Notes under the pieces: model-generated | What the model was told of the DNA's origin: nothing | What the model saw: only the letters and a program-made list of their open reading frames with translations | Databases searched by the model: none | Part shown: in pieces, positions 27,625-41,838 of the stretch | Layout: each line of letters opens with the position of its first letter | Position numbering within the stretch: position 1 is the first letter of the stretch | NCBI GenBank assembly: GCA_964016885.1 | Contig: OZ024740.1 | Location: 264,926,001 to 264,990,000, forward strand | DNA length: 64,000 nucleotides | From: Eledone cirrhosa | Taxonomy: Eukaryota | Reading direction: 5' to 3' | Translations under genes and position numbers: made by a program

Positions 27625-29720
27625 TCAATCCGGAGATTTGAAGTTATGTAAGAGGTGTTTCCAGACGTGTGGACAACGTGTGAAGAATTCATTCCTCATG
27701 TTTAGGCAATCACTATTGCATAATCTCTTTAGAATATTTATTCGTTCATCAATACATAGTCCACACGACGGATTTCCCCTTGCGTATGGCTTGGACTTAG
27801 TAATGGCTTTCCATTGAATGGAGTAGTCTATACTTGAGTCCTTGAGGGACCATACGTGGCTCGCGAGTTTCGTGGATAAACATTTGTCCGGCTATCTTAA
27901 GGTCGACTGGTGGTTCAAGAAGCGTTCCTTAAATCGGCCCTCCGCCATACCCACATAGGATTTGAGCTGCTGTGGTTGATTTGATCGGTTGGAAGTGACC
28001 ACATCTTCATACATTACAGCGGGTGTGTTGCATTGCTGTTGAAGGGGACAAGCGTCGGGCTTAGGGCAAGAGCACCCTGGTGGGGTGTTCCTCTTAGGGC
28101 TGTTGGTAATGAGGGCCTTCATGTTCTTAGCGCAAGAGTATCCTAGTTTTACTTTGTGTCGGTTAAAGAAGGAGCGGTATTTATGACCGATGGGAAAGTG
28201 TCTATCTAAGAGGGCTAGACATGTTTTGCCTAAATTGGTTTTAACGTTGAGTGAGAAGGGGCGAGAGAACCAGATCGTTTGTCTATTGTTACGCTTTCTT
28301 TTCTTATTGCTGTTGTTGATAATGGGAGAGTAAATGATATGTTGCGAGAAGCCGCTGTTAGCTAACGCCGTGTTATAGTAGGGTGCCGCCCGGTCAAAGG
28401 TAGCCTTATTAGAAGAGAGGTTTGAGATACTAGTACTGATATTATTTAAGAAGTTTCTAGAAATAGTGGGAGGGTGGCATGAGTCTTTGTGAATGTAATT
28501 GAGTTTTTCGTTTAGCTTATGGAAGTGGCTGTAGGTGTGTGCGAAGGTCTAAATTAATGTCTCAGAAATCTACGCTAGAGAGGTTGGTAGCTACTGTTAT
28601 CCTAAGTCCTAACACATTGAAGGTAGAAGCTAAGTCTTTTTTAAACCGGTCGAGGTCGTGACCACTTTTATGGCTCGATTAGTTCAGTCCGTCGTCGCGG
28701 TATATTCCCGTGTGGAAGTCCGGGAATCTAACACGTAATATATCTAAAATAAATAGACCAACCAAGTCGCATACGTCAGCACTGTCAAACGATCCCATGG
28801 AGATGTCGAATAGGTCTGAAGTTGTTGACTTCTTTGCCCTGGCGTCGTTGAAGAGGAAGGTTTTCCGGCAATGAGCGATGATTTCCCTGTCTAAACCATC
28901 GACGGTAGTGTAAGTGGTAGCGAAGTCCAACGCTTTGTTTAACAGGGTCTCTGAGATCGACGGGTAAAAATCAACAATGTCGAAGTGTGTGAACTTCGCT
29001 TTTTTGGAATTGAAGGAGTTAAACCACTTAATTACGGAGTCGCTGTTCTCCCACTGGGACAGGTCGGTCTTGGTCCTAATGGTCTTAACTATGTTTCTAA
29101 GTATGGCCATACTGACTAGTCCCATATCTGTGCATGCCGGGTTTATTAGTCTACATGTGGGGTTAGAAGTAAAGTCCACCTTGTGATCTTTCAAGGTGAA
29201 GAACCCCTCCCGCTTAGCTAGAGATATTCGCTTCTTATCTACCTTAAGGGCGGTTGCAAGTTCTTTGGTTTCTGTATTAATGTCGTTGTGGGCCATAGAG
29301 TTAGCTTTTTTTATATTTGGAAGTAATAGAGTTATGGGCCAAGTGGCTGTGAGTGGTGTTGTCGACTTCGTAAATATTATTAGTTCTGTCGGAAAGAACG
29401 AAAGTGTTATTAGAAGACCTACATTTCTTAATATTATTCCTAAGTTTAGTTTGAAAGGTGTTAGGGTGTTTGCGAAAGGAAATGTTAGCGACTAAGTCAA
29501 GAAGGTCCACCTTGAAAGGAACAAGTTCAGGTACCTTAGGAGGGTAGGCTTTCGATTTCAGGTTGAAGTTGTTATTGGTGCCTGCAATGTTGCCGTCAAA
29601 ATCTAGGCCTCGCCATCTTAAGCGTCAGACGACATCTTACGCTTTTTGTAGGAGGCTTTTGGGTAAACATGGTTGGAGGGAGTGGGAATGTTCTTCAGGG
29701 AGTAATCCAGTTCGTATAAA
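27625..29720 (-). pseudogene. PLE RT-GIY-YIG ORF with stops and frameshifts
   Basis: ORFs 29301-29510, 28679-29296 and 27892-28122, plus manual read-through to the TGA at 27625-27627. Confidence 0.85.
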
Positions 29721-29729
29721 TCCTTATAT

Positions 29730-30746
29730 ATGATTGAACATACAAGAGAGATAAACACAAATATAAACATACATGTGTTCGAATTGTAAAGGACCAGGTT
29801 TGCTAGGGTGAAAAAATACTAACTCTAACAATATGGTTTGCCAAACTTAATTTAAAGTAATTAAAGTAATTGAAAAATTAGCGATCCTTCCACTTCTAAA
29901 AATCTTAAAAGACTGAATTGTGTGCGATATGAAATAACGCAGATGTCTTCGGAGCCTAGCTTGTTTCGAAAACCTGTTTTCAGGCAGTTGCCCAATATAG
30001 GTTTGTAATTCTTTTTCTTGATTTACTACTTTAAATTAAGTCTGGCAAACCATATTTTTAGATTTAATATTTTTTCACCCTAGCAAACCTGGTCCTTACA
30101 ATTCGAACACATGTATGTTTATATTTGTGTTTTTATCTCTTGTATGTTCAATTATATTACACGGCTCAGAAAAACTTCTTTCTTAGAGCTATTTAATTGT
30201 AAAAGACTATTTTGAGTTTCTAACTCAGTATATGATGGTCGGCTCTATCATGTTGAGCTAATTTTAATGTCGTGTTAACAAGGCTCCTATTTTTAGCGGC
30301 ATAAGTTATCGAGACAAGCTAGGCTCCGAAGATATTTGCGTTATTTCATATCGCACAAAATTTAGTCTTCTAATATTTTGAGAAGTGGAAGAATCGCCAA
30401 ATTTTTTACACCTACTGATGAGCAGAGAGGTGGTGATGCCTTCGCTTAATATAATTTTGCGGAACAATTTCTATAATTGCCTAGGTGTTTTCAGGCAGTT
30501 GCCAATATAGGTTTGTTATTCTTTTTCTTGATTTACTACTTTAAATTAAGTCTGGCAAACCATATTGGTAGAGTTAGTATTTTTTCACCCTAGCAAACCT
30601 GGTCCTTTACAATTCGAACGCATGTATGTTAATATTTGTGTTTATCTCTCTTGTATGTTCAATTATATTACACGGCTCAGAAACAAAATTTCTTTCTTAG
30701 AGCTATTTAATTGTAAGAGAGTATTTTGAGTTTCTAACTCAGTATA

Positions 30747-30750
<4 letters not shown>
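29730..30750. repeat. pLTR-like inverted plus tandem direct repeats with a degenerate hammerhead at 30409-30487 (+)
   Basis: ~29975-30235 matches ~30485-30750; 29730-29975 is inverted relative to 30030-30150 and 30305-30408; CACCTA-CTGATGA...GGAACAATT..AATTGCC-TAGGTG. Confidence 0.75.
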
Positions 30751-30787
<37 letters not shown>

Positions 30788-30949
30788 ATGGAATACTGTT
30801 AGCTTCTCGCTACAACAATTTCTATACGTTTCATTTATATATATATATATATATACAGGGTTTCACCAAAAAATGTATATATATATTTATTAGATGCTGT
30901 TGACGTGTGTATACATATCTTGGAGACATCCTCTCGCTATCTCTCTCTC

Positions 30950-31039
<90 letters not shown>

Positions 31040-31582
31040 AAAAGAGTCAGGACCACGACGGCTGAGCTCCGGTCGTTTCGACAGCTAGATCCGAACTAAA
31101 CCAGTTGTATTAGGACGGCTGGGACCTAGTTGAATTTAACAAGGGGTACAGTCCATATGTGGGCATGCAATCAAAACAAAGTAGAAGTATCAAATCAAAC
31201 AATCCTAAAAATTGTTGTTTTTCTTGTCTGTCACGGGAAGTGGTCAATGATTTGGGGATGCCGAGTATGTGGTTAAATTCCTTCTTAGCTGAACTGGCCT
31301 GTAGGGGAGGGAGTAAGATGACATTCTGACGTGAGGGTGCCAGGCCGGTCATACGTTAAGAGAGAATTCTTTACAGCTATCTCTAACGGGGGTAAAATTA
31401 GCATATGAGAATCAACGAATGTTTTAGAGTGAAAGTGTGTATACCAGGCCTAACAGTTAGATAAAGAGCAAAGCATATAGTTATTGAAACTAATTAAATT
31501 CCTAATAAATAAAATTTAGTTATCAGTTACTCTAATGCACTGGAACAGCACCTCAATGCAGTAATTTACTAGTATTATCTTT

Positions 31583-31682
31583 GAGGTTTACTTTGCCTTT
31601 CATCCTTACGAGGTCGATAAAATAAAGTACCAGTAATGCACTGGATAATTGCTGGTCTTGTGCCTAAAGTAGAAACAATTAT
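31583..31682 (+). mobile_element. Family A SINE 3' fragment
   Basis: Core and tail motifs; ATTATCTTT on both sides. Confidence 0.75.
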
Positions 31683-32020
31683 CTTTCATGGTGATACACC
31701 AGCCCCCAAAAATACAATGGCTATGTGTTCAGCCGGTACTATATATATTTAACAAGAGTGAACAAATTTCGGGTTAACCTAACGAAGAATGGAACTGAGT
31801 ATAATAGTGTAGATATACAAAGATCCACCTAAGTGTAATTAGAGTGTGTAACTAATGAAGAAAAAAGAAAATAAGGATAAAAATAGAAAAAAAAAGAAAA
31901 AAGTCTACTTCCACCTAAGTATGCTTGGGGTTAAGTTTGAGGCTTAAGTTTGTAAATGGGAAGGAGATACAGCCGAGGTTTACCCACCTGGGTCGTAAGG
32001 GAGTTTGAAGGTAATATATG

Positions 32021-32054
<34 letters not shown>

Positions 32055-32599
32055 CACATGCATGTGTGTGTGTGCTTTCACACACACATACACACACGAA
32101 TTATAACACCTTTCCAATAAATCTCGGAGAGTTGAAGGAACAGTCAATCACTAATATTGTTAGTCCAAACATTCAACGCCACTTGTTGATCCCACAGAGA
32201 TTCGCGCCTCCATTGTTACCAGTTAAGGAATACACACTGCAATGAAATTCATAGACGCGCGAGCTAGAATACTAAAATGAAACATTTATTTCCAATCTGC
32301 TCCACAATAATGAAATATTCCAGACAATATATCTACTACATAACAAATTTATTCTGAAAGTAAACTATACATCATGCTCCCCGTCTGCAAATTGAAACTA
32401 GAAACGTAGTTCGAGAATATGTGATTTCAGATATTTTTTTCACAAAACCTACTTCCCCATCAACTCAAAACATTCTTCTTAATGAAAGTGGAAACGCTTT
32501 TCAAAATATATCTAAACTATAATAAAGGAAGGTTTGCGGGATTGCGTACGGTTTTTTTTTTTTATCTCGTTTGTAAAATGAGTTGGATTATTTTGAATA

Positions 32600-32716
32600 A
32601 ATAATTGTTTCTACTTTAGGCACAAGCCTGCAATTACCCAGTTCATTAATGGTACTTTATTTTATCGACCCCGTAAGGATGAAAGGCAAAGTCAACCTCG
32701 GCGGGATTTGAACTCA
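32600..32716 (-). mobile_element. 5'-truncated family A SINE inside the Helitron 5' region
   Basis: Reverse complement of core and tail next to TTTTGAATAAATAAT. Confidence 0.8.
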
Positions 32717-33789
32717 ATAATGAATGAATATTACATAATGTATGTACTCAATTTCGTAAACAAAAATAATTTCGTAAGAATAAATAATTTCAAATTGACT
32801 TCTTTTCAAAGTTGCACATCCGGTATATCATCGCCACCACCAATACTTCAACGACCATATATATAGAAAGAGAGAGTTTGTGATGAGAAAGATAGAGAGA
32901 TTCTGACTTTCTACACGCTGACGCGTATGAGTGAGCACATACATTCATCTATATGTATGAGTATATAACTATTATGAGTATTTAACTATAATCGCGCAAA
33001 CACAAACTTATAAAAATACACTCTCACGGGCATAATACACATACTTTCACACAAATATACATACTTTCACACATACTTTCACACAAACATACATACTTTC
33101 ACACAAATATACATACATTCACACATACTTTCACACAAACATACATACATTGATACATACTTTCACACAAACATACATACATTCACACATATACATTTAC
33201 ACAAACATACATACATTCATACATATACATTTACACAAACACACACATAGTCAAGATAGCGTTCAGTTTAATTGGAGATGGGAGGGTAAAACAAGTATAA
33301 CTTTTTATTTATTTATTAACTCTTTATTTATTTATTAACTCTTTTTTTTTTAAACTCATTTAATATAATGGTTACAGAACGAAAACACTAATAAATATAA
33401 TCGAAACTATAATAAAGCAAGGAGCGCGGGACTGCATCCAGAATATAATTTTTTATCCCGGTATGTAAAATAAGTTGCATTACTTTGAACAAATAATGAA
33501 TGAATATTACATAATTTATCTACTAAAATTCGTAAATCCTGATTAAACATATATTTCAATACTTCCGGTATATCTATACTATAGAGAGAGGATGAAGCGA
33601 TTTGGATTGTTTTCAACACGCTGATGTGTATGTGTGTATGTTGTTGTTCTTTGATTTTATAAACTTGCTAGAGCGAGAAAGAGAGATGGTATGTGTGAGT
33701 ATATAAAGAGAGGAGTGACTGTGACAGATATATATATTGTTTTGATACGCGTTTTGCTGCTACCACTTGTTATGACTACCTCATACTAA

Positions 33790-33874
<85 letters not shown>

Positions 33875-34576
33875 ATCTGGTGTTCGAATAGCAGACGATA
33901 ATACATATTTCAAACATACATTTATTTCAAAAGAGTTCTTTTCTCCGTGTCAGCTATATATATATATATATATATAAAAAAAAGATATATATATAAACAA
34001 AAAAATAAATATAAATAAATATATATATTTATTTATATTTATTTTTTTGTTTTAACATATATTTATTTCTATGATTTAACCGTAGAGATAACATATATTT
34101 ATACATACAGGACAGAAAGTGAATATGGGACGCAGAAAACATTTCACATCTAAATTCCAACGCATGGCAGCAGACACACAACGACAAAAAGAGATGAGGG
34201 CAAATCAATCAAACAATAATCGCTCTACAACATCCCAACAAATTTCTACAAATGTAATTCAGTTAACACACCAACAACAACTTGCAACAAATACACCAAC
34301 GTTCAGAGGGGGAGGAACAGTTCAATTGAAGGTCTGGCAAAGAATCCTACAGATGAACCTTTCCAAGAGCAAACTGTTATTTCCATAATGCCAAAACATA
34401 ATGCAGGGAGTCTGTTTGTCCGCACTGCAAAGCTTATCGCTGGCCACATGAAACCAAATCTCTGTGCTGCTTCCAGGGAAAATTGAAACTCCCTCAATTT
34501 CCTCCTCCTCCACCAAATATACTGATATATTTCGATATCACTCAAGCAGGAAATTCTTTTCTCCATAAGATACAAT

Positions 34577-37500
34577 GTGCTTGTCTTAGCTTCAATTGGT
34601 TGCAAAGAGATTAAAGCACCAGGATTTAGTCCAACATTTAAGATCCAAGGTAAGTTTTGTCATATTATTGGATCACTACTTCCAAGTGATGCTTCACCCA
34701 AGTTTGCGCAGCTTTACTTCTATGATACAGATCATGAGCTTCAGGATTGCTTGCATCATGCTAATTTACATGCTGCTGTCCTGCAGGACCTGCAAGGAGA
34801 CTTGCACTTCTGCAACACCTATATAAGAAGCCTCAAGTCAGTCTCTGAAAATGTGAATATTGTCCTACATGCTGACAAAGTAAAACCCACTGATTTTCCT
34901 TGTCGCACATATAATCTTCCCATGGCATCTGAGATTGCTGTTATTCAAACTGATACAGCATTAGGTCTTTTGGATGTTATCATTCATAAAAGGGATGGTC
35001 GTCTTCAGAGGATTCATCAGTTGCACCGTTCTTATGATCCTCTACATTATGTGCTACTGTTTCCTTGGAGGAATGATGGGTTTCAGGTTGGTTTGAAAAG
35101 GATTGTCAACAACCATAGACTCACACCCACTGATTTCTACTGTTATCGGTTTCAGGTTAGGCAAGGTGACTGTAACATTATCATGAAGAGCAGGCCGGAG
35201 ATGCAGCAATATGCTGTAGATGCCCATGCAAAAATAGAACATTGTCGCCTCAAATGAGCCCACAACAATCAAACCATGATACGAGCTGAAAAGTATGAGG
35301 GTTTGTATGATGCTGTGGCTGAAGGAGATTCAGTAAAAGCAGGCCGGAAAATTGTATTTCCTCCTTCAATCTATAGTTCGCCTCGCTTCTACAGTGAGTG
35401 CTTTCAGAATTCGATGAATGTGGTTCGATACATTGGAAAGCCATCTAATTTCATCACGGTAACAACTAACCCTAACTGGGATGAAATAAAAAATAGTTTG
35501 CACCCTGGTGAAGAACCTAGAGACCGTCCTGAGATTTGTGCAAGAATCTTCAAGATCAAGTATGACAGCCTCATGGATGACATACTGAAGGAAAATGCCC
35601 TAGGAAAAGTTGTGGCTCATTCTGTTACAATAGAGTGGCAGAAACGAGGCCTCACTCATGCTCATATTCTGTTGATAATGGCTGAAGATAGCAAGCCCAA
35701 AACTGCTGATGCCATTGATCAGGTAGTGTACTGTGAGATTCCTGATAAAGAGACCAATCCAATTCTACATAAGATCATCACATCCTGCAACATTCATGGC
35801 CCATGTGGACAAGCAAATATGATGTGCCCATGTATGGAAGGGCTAGGACAACAACGCCATTGCTCAAAAGGTTATCCCAAGGCATTCAGACAAACCACAT
35901 TTGTTGCCGAAAATTCCTTTCCCGTGTATAGAAGAAGGGATAGACAGCATGGTGGTCACCCCCATATAATTCAACATAAAGGTCAAGAGTTTACTGTAAT
36001 CGTTGGATTGTTCCATACATCCCTTTCCTCTCATTGAGATATCAGTGCCACATCAATTGTGAGGTTTCCACAGTGTCAAGGCTGTTAAGTACTTATATAA
36101 GTACATCACGAAAGGATTAGACAAGATCACTTTCACTATTAAGGATGATCAAGGAAATTGTGTCCATGCCCAAAATGAGATTGGGGCCTATATCAATGCA
36201 CGGTACATCTCAGCCAATGAAGCATTCTGGAGAATCTATAAATTTCTATTACATCATCGAAAACCGCCAGTTGAAATGTTGCCTTACCTGGGGAACAAAT
36301 GGTCGTGTATGAATGAGGGCAGGAAGAAAGTGTTGTTTCTAGGGGACAGCCATTGACTAAGTTGACGGAATCTTTTCAACTGAATATTAGTGATCCACTG
36401 GCACAAAACATATTGTATATTGATATTCCTAAATATTTCACTTTGACAAACAAAAAGTGGAAAAGAAGAAAAAAGGGACATCTGGACGGTGATCAACAAT
36501 TTATGAGTGAATCTCTTGGACGCATTCCAGCAGTATCTCTCAGTAGACATCAATCTGAATTATATTACCTCAGAATGATCCTACATAACAAGGCTGGGTC
36601 ATACAAAGATTTGAGGACAATTGAAGGAGTTGAATTTCCAACATTCCAAGAAGCATGTCGGAAACTTGGTCTGTTAGATGAAGATGGAGAAAAAGAAAAA
36701 GCTATGGAAGAGGCCTCATCCATTACGCTTGGTCCTCAGCTGCGAGAGATCTTCTGCACCATTTTATTGTACGGCATGCCAAATGACCCTCTGCAGTTCT
36801 GGGCGAAATGGAAGAATTGTCTTGCAGAGGATATCATGCGTGAACGTCGTGAGCAAGTCTTGTCCATGCAAACCGTGCAGATTGTTCTACAGAAGATCCA
36901 ACAAAGACTTCAACATGATGGCTTGGACATTCATACCAACTATGAACATCATCGGCCAGATCGAACTATTGTTGCCATACCAGAAATCAACAGGGTTTTT
37001 ATGGCAGAAACTGATTTCAATACACACCAACTGCAAGCAAACATAAATGAAATTCTGCCAACTTTGAATCCTGCACAACTGGTTATTTTAAACAAAGTAA
37101 ATACCTCTGTAAATGAAAATTAGGGCAGAATTTTCTGCTTGAATGCAAGTGCAGGTACAGGAAAGACCTATGTCATAAATATCTTATTGGATTACCTCCG
37201 ATCTAAAAAAATAATTGCACTTGCCACTGCCATATCTGGAATAGCAGCCACTTTGCTACACAAAGGTAGAACTCTTCATTCGAAGTGCAAGATTTCTCTC
37301 AATGTGACTGCTGAATCAACTTGCTTCTTCACAAAGAGGGATGACACAGATAGAATTATGCGGTAAGCTGACCTGCTAATCATTGATGAGATAGGTATGG
37401 GACATAGCATATCTTTGACAGGAGCTTCAAAGATGTTCGAGATTGCAAAAATCCATTTGGTGGTCTAACAGTATTACTATCTGGTGACAGGAAGCAAATT

Positions 37501-38364
37501 CTTCCAGTTGTACGTCATGTTGCTATACCACAAATAGTTGAGGCAACCATCAAGAGATCCTATCTCTGGGACTATGTGGAAACCATGGAGATGACAACCA
37601 ATCAACGGTTAATTAATACAGAGGATTCTGATGAAAGACAGTTTGCAAACTACCTTCTTGATGTGGGAAATGGTAACATTCCAACTGTTCCAACTGTAGG
37701 TGCATTCACAATACTTCTGCCAAATGAACTTTGTCTGGAATATGGTAATGTGTCTGGACTGTGTGATTTTGTGTATACAAATCTTCCAGGAAACTTCACA
37801 AACCCACTATGGCTTGCAAATAGAGCCATTATCACTCCAACAAATGATGTAGCAAGATGGGTGAATGAGTTCATGGTCAACAAGATCCCTAGTCATGAAA
37901 TAATCTACAGATGCTCTGATACAGTAGATAATGAACTGCAATATCCAATTAAGTTCATCAACAAACTTATCCCATCAGGCTTCCCAACACACATACTTAA
38001 ATTGAAGAAAGACAGTTGCATCATGCTTCTGAGAAATCTGGATCCTCTAAACGGTCATTGCAATAGTACACGCTACATCATCATCAGTTTACATAATCAT
38101 GCAATTGAAGCTGAAGTGGCATTCGGTCCGAATGCTGGAACAAGTTTGCTAATCTCAAGGATACCACATGTATCTCAAGAGCTTGAGTTCCCTTTCACCT
38201 TTACTCGCAAGCAATTTCCTGTCAAACCAGCCTTTGCCCTTACATGCAACAAGACACAAGAGCAGACATTTGAAAAGATAGGTGTATATCTACCAACACA
38301 ATTCTGTTCACATGGTCAGATGTATGTTGTATTATCACGAGTTACAAAAAAAAAGAAAATATAA
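34577..38364 (+). pseudogene. Helitron RepHel (HUH Rep plus PIF1-like helicase), several stops and frameshifts
   Basis: PKFAQLYFYD, YDPLHYVLLFP, FITVTTNPNW, EWQKRGLTHAH, KYLYKYITKG (~36087-36116), ASAGTGKT, RKQFPV, HGQMYVVLSRV. Confidence 0.93.
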
Positions 38365-39121
38365 AAATATTAAATGAAAGGGATCTGTTTGCAGACAACT
38401 GCGTCTACAAAGAAATTTTACAGTGATGTGAAACAGCTATCACTCTCTTTTAGTTGAAATGCATTTCAGTTTCTTTTTTGCTGCTAGAAAAGGGACACTA
38501 CAAAAACTTAAGAAGCCTATATTTGAATACTCTAAAACAGCAATATAACGAAGGTCAACTCTTCATATTGGCAAATGTAATTTATTCATTCATACCAGCA
38601 GCAGCAGCATCTATTTTCAAATTCACTGCTTCAAGCTTCCCTTCGACATTCTCAAGTGAAGATTCATGAACATTTTCTGTCAACGGTTTCATCGCTTTTC
38701 CATCTCCGTTATCGCTTTTTTAAAAAATGCATTACGGATTACTTTACTGATTACAGAAGTAAGTGTAACACAGTCTTTGCTTTGTTCAGTTTCTGTGCAT
38801 ATTGTCAATTTATGTATCATATCTACGTGCATATATATTTGCGTTTATCAATATGCACACTATATATGCTAGCAGAAATCCGCCCTTGGGGCGGTTTTTC
38901 TGCTAGTCTTACTAATGCAAGTGAACACGTGGAGATATAGGATCTGAAACAGTTCTAAACACGAAGCTTCTGTAACTGAAAATGTATCTTATCTTCCCAC
39001 ACACACACACTAAAAACACCATATACACACACACGTAGACACAAACACAAACACAGACATGCACACACACATACACACACACACACACACACATACACAC
39101 ACACACACACACACTCACAGG

Positions 39122-39201
<80 letters not shown>

Positions 39202-39343
39202 TGTGTGGCGGGGTATTATGTTGATTATCTCTTCCACACGGCGCCATCCAAATTTGGAAGTATCGTCGTGTTAGGACACTAAGCTATGGTTTCAAATCTT
39301 TTCATATATATATAGTGTATACATACATACATATATATATATG

Positions 39344-39403
<60 letters not shown>

Positions 39404-40044
39404 AATGCGATTCTCGCTAAATTTATATTTGTATTAATCTCCCAAGTCAAGCGATTAACCAGTTAATTTTTTTTTGCTTTTTAGTTAATTCTATTGACTG
39501 ATTAATCGCTTAAGTTTATATTAAAAACAACTCGGTAGAGAGCTTAATTCGTTTTGTGCTGTTTTTGCAAATGTTTGCAATAACTACACATGCTGAATTC
39601 ACTGGCCAAAAGAGGGGTTTTCTACCCTTAGAACCTCACGTGTCCTTTCATAACCTGTGAGATTCTGGCGCACGAAGAATAAAATGCCTGTTGAGAAAGC
39701 GATGCCTTGTTCGATCATTATACCAAAAACTTATTTGTTTATAAGCAGGCAGTATTATTGATTTAGGTGTTGCAGAAACCCAATATCGCAGTATACCATC
39801 TTCCCCGAGGCTCCAGGTAACTATTTCAATCATATCTTATTTTGTTTGACTCGTTTAGCTTGTTCGCTTTTTTCGCTAAGGTGGTTAATGGATTCTTAAC
39901 CATCGTCTCAGTTTGTATGACCATTTTAACTTATGTTTATAGCTCTGGTAACTTCATATCCATTGAGCGCTTGTCTGCAGAATACGGAAGTTGCGTTTCG
40001 CTAATTTCTGCCCGCCGAAATGCGATTCTTGTTATATTTATATT

Positions 40045-40087
<43 letters not shown>

Positions 40088-40202
40088 TTTTTTTTTTTAC
40101 GATCGACAATCGGACCGAGGGATCAATGTTTCCGTTTGTCTTTTCAATTGCTAATACTATCTATCGGTCGCAACTCCAGGTAGAAGGAGCAACGTGAAAT
40201 AC

Positions 40203-40252
<50 letters not shown>

Positions 40253-40530
40253 GCGCGCATTCTATTCTCCACATCTTATAATTGTTGTCTTGAAGACATT
40301 TTATTATTGTCTGATGGCATTAACATTGAAACGTGCGTAGATGTTAATAAATTGATTTGAAGTATATTTAGTTTTTCACTTGAAGTATATATATATATAT
40401 ATAATTTTTATGTGAAGCTAACTGAACAGGGATGTGCAATCCACCTTTTAGTTGGTCAGTTGTGATACAGTTAAAATGAAGCGCTGAAAGACATTTATAT
40501 ATATGGTTCAAGACATCGTTTGCTTAAACA

Positions 40531-40910
40531 TTGCCGAATATGAAGGGACAAAAAAGGCCAGACGGTATGACCATCTTCCCGTATCGCGGCGGTAAACCCC
40601 TCATCTGGGATGCAACAAGCAGTGACACCTTCTCCAGCGATAACTTGGTGATGTCTGCGACTAATCCAAGATCTGCTGCACTTAGGTCCAAGGAGGGTAA
40701 ACTCTCCAAATATCGATCGCTCTCCGACAGATTTGCGGTTAAGCCCGTAGCAGTGGAGACTTCTGGTGCCCTTTGACACTAGGACCACTTCCCTACTTAC
40801 CACCATCAGCACGGAGTTTGCTACACGCTGGTGTGAGCCCCAAGAGATGGAATGGCTTTTCCAACACGTTACTGTCACCGCCTTCACTATTCTGTCCGCC
40901 GGGAGCGCCG
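40531..40910 (+). mobile_element. CRE-like non-LTR RLE endonuclease fragment
   Basis: KRPDGMT..LIWDAT..SKYRSL..PVAVETSGAL..WLFQH. Confidence 0.7.
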
Positions 40911-41838
40911 GGACCGCCGGGTGGCCAGTTCGTGGGCTCCCATTTACATATAATAATGGGAGATGGGGAGAGCGATTGAGAAGGAAGGAGTGAGTGAAAA
41001 GGAGAAAGAGAAAATTAATGCACACACTTGATACAGATGTAGTTATTTACCACCAAAATCTAAAACAAGACTCACTATTTAGCCTTAATAAACCCACAGA
41101 ACTGCTAATGAACAAACGAAATTGTTCCCCCGTTTTAAATATGATGCTTTACTAAAATTGTAAATATGTATTAAAAACTGCAAGTAAAATCTAAATCCGA
41201 CACTACAGTTCCCATTTAATAAATATTAACTCCAAGCCTTAACTATAGTAAAATATATTTTTTTCTTTTTTCTCATTCGTGCTACCAATTACCTGAATGC
41301 AACAGAAATTATAAACAACATAATTAATATATTTCAATGAATTCAGTAGTCAAAAACAATTAAAGAAAAAATTACTGATCAAATAAAATTTCACACAAGA
41401 ACTAAATCACTACAAGTAGTATGTAGAAAAAAAGCTTTGGAAATTATTTTAAATTTAAGATGAAGATATAACATCACTTTGTATAAAACTACGAAATATA
41501 GAAAATATGTCTGTCTATGGATGTGTAATGAACACTATTCCATACATGAAATGTCAGACGAGAAAATATGTTTGTTTACATCCAATATATAATAGAAAAT
41601 AAAACTCGAAACTAATTAATATGTGTATACAACATGTCTGTTTTATATAGAAATATACATTCTGGTAATTAGCAGATCAAGTAATAATTTTTATGTGTGA
41701 AGTCAATCAATGTCTCTTCTCTATATATGCAGACCACAATATATTGAAGTGTACGAGATCAGAGAGAGAGAGAGTGAGAGAAAGAGAGAGAGAAAAAGAG
41801 AGAGAGGATTGTTTGTTTACATTAAAATTGGTAGTACA

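Larger units (their letters stand above)
27388..29727 (-). mobile_element. Penelope-like element, Naiad-like, near full length and decayed
   Basis: YSLKNIP N-terminus; RT TLKDHK..CRLINP..FDIVDFYPSI..MGSFDSADVCDLVG..YRDDGL; C-terminal GIY-YIG (CSCPKPDACPL..YVGMAEGRFKERFLNH..CGLC..RCPH); 3' hammerhead. Confidence 0.85.
32511..38906 (+). mobile_element. Decayed autonomous Helitron with two tandem 5' ends (32511 and 33401)
   Basis: A|TC(T/G)AAACTATAATAAAG starts; RepHel coding region; 3' hairpin ending CTAG|T at 38903-38906. Confidence 0.88.

Noticed and set aside
30856-30932. Tc1/mariner-like MITE (TA-CAGGG start)
   Set aside because: The right TIR is too degenerate to call.
31046-31150. Hammerhead on the minus strand (CGAAACG..CGTC with long stem)
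   Set aside because: No CUGANGA found upstream; at most a decayed remnant.
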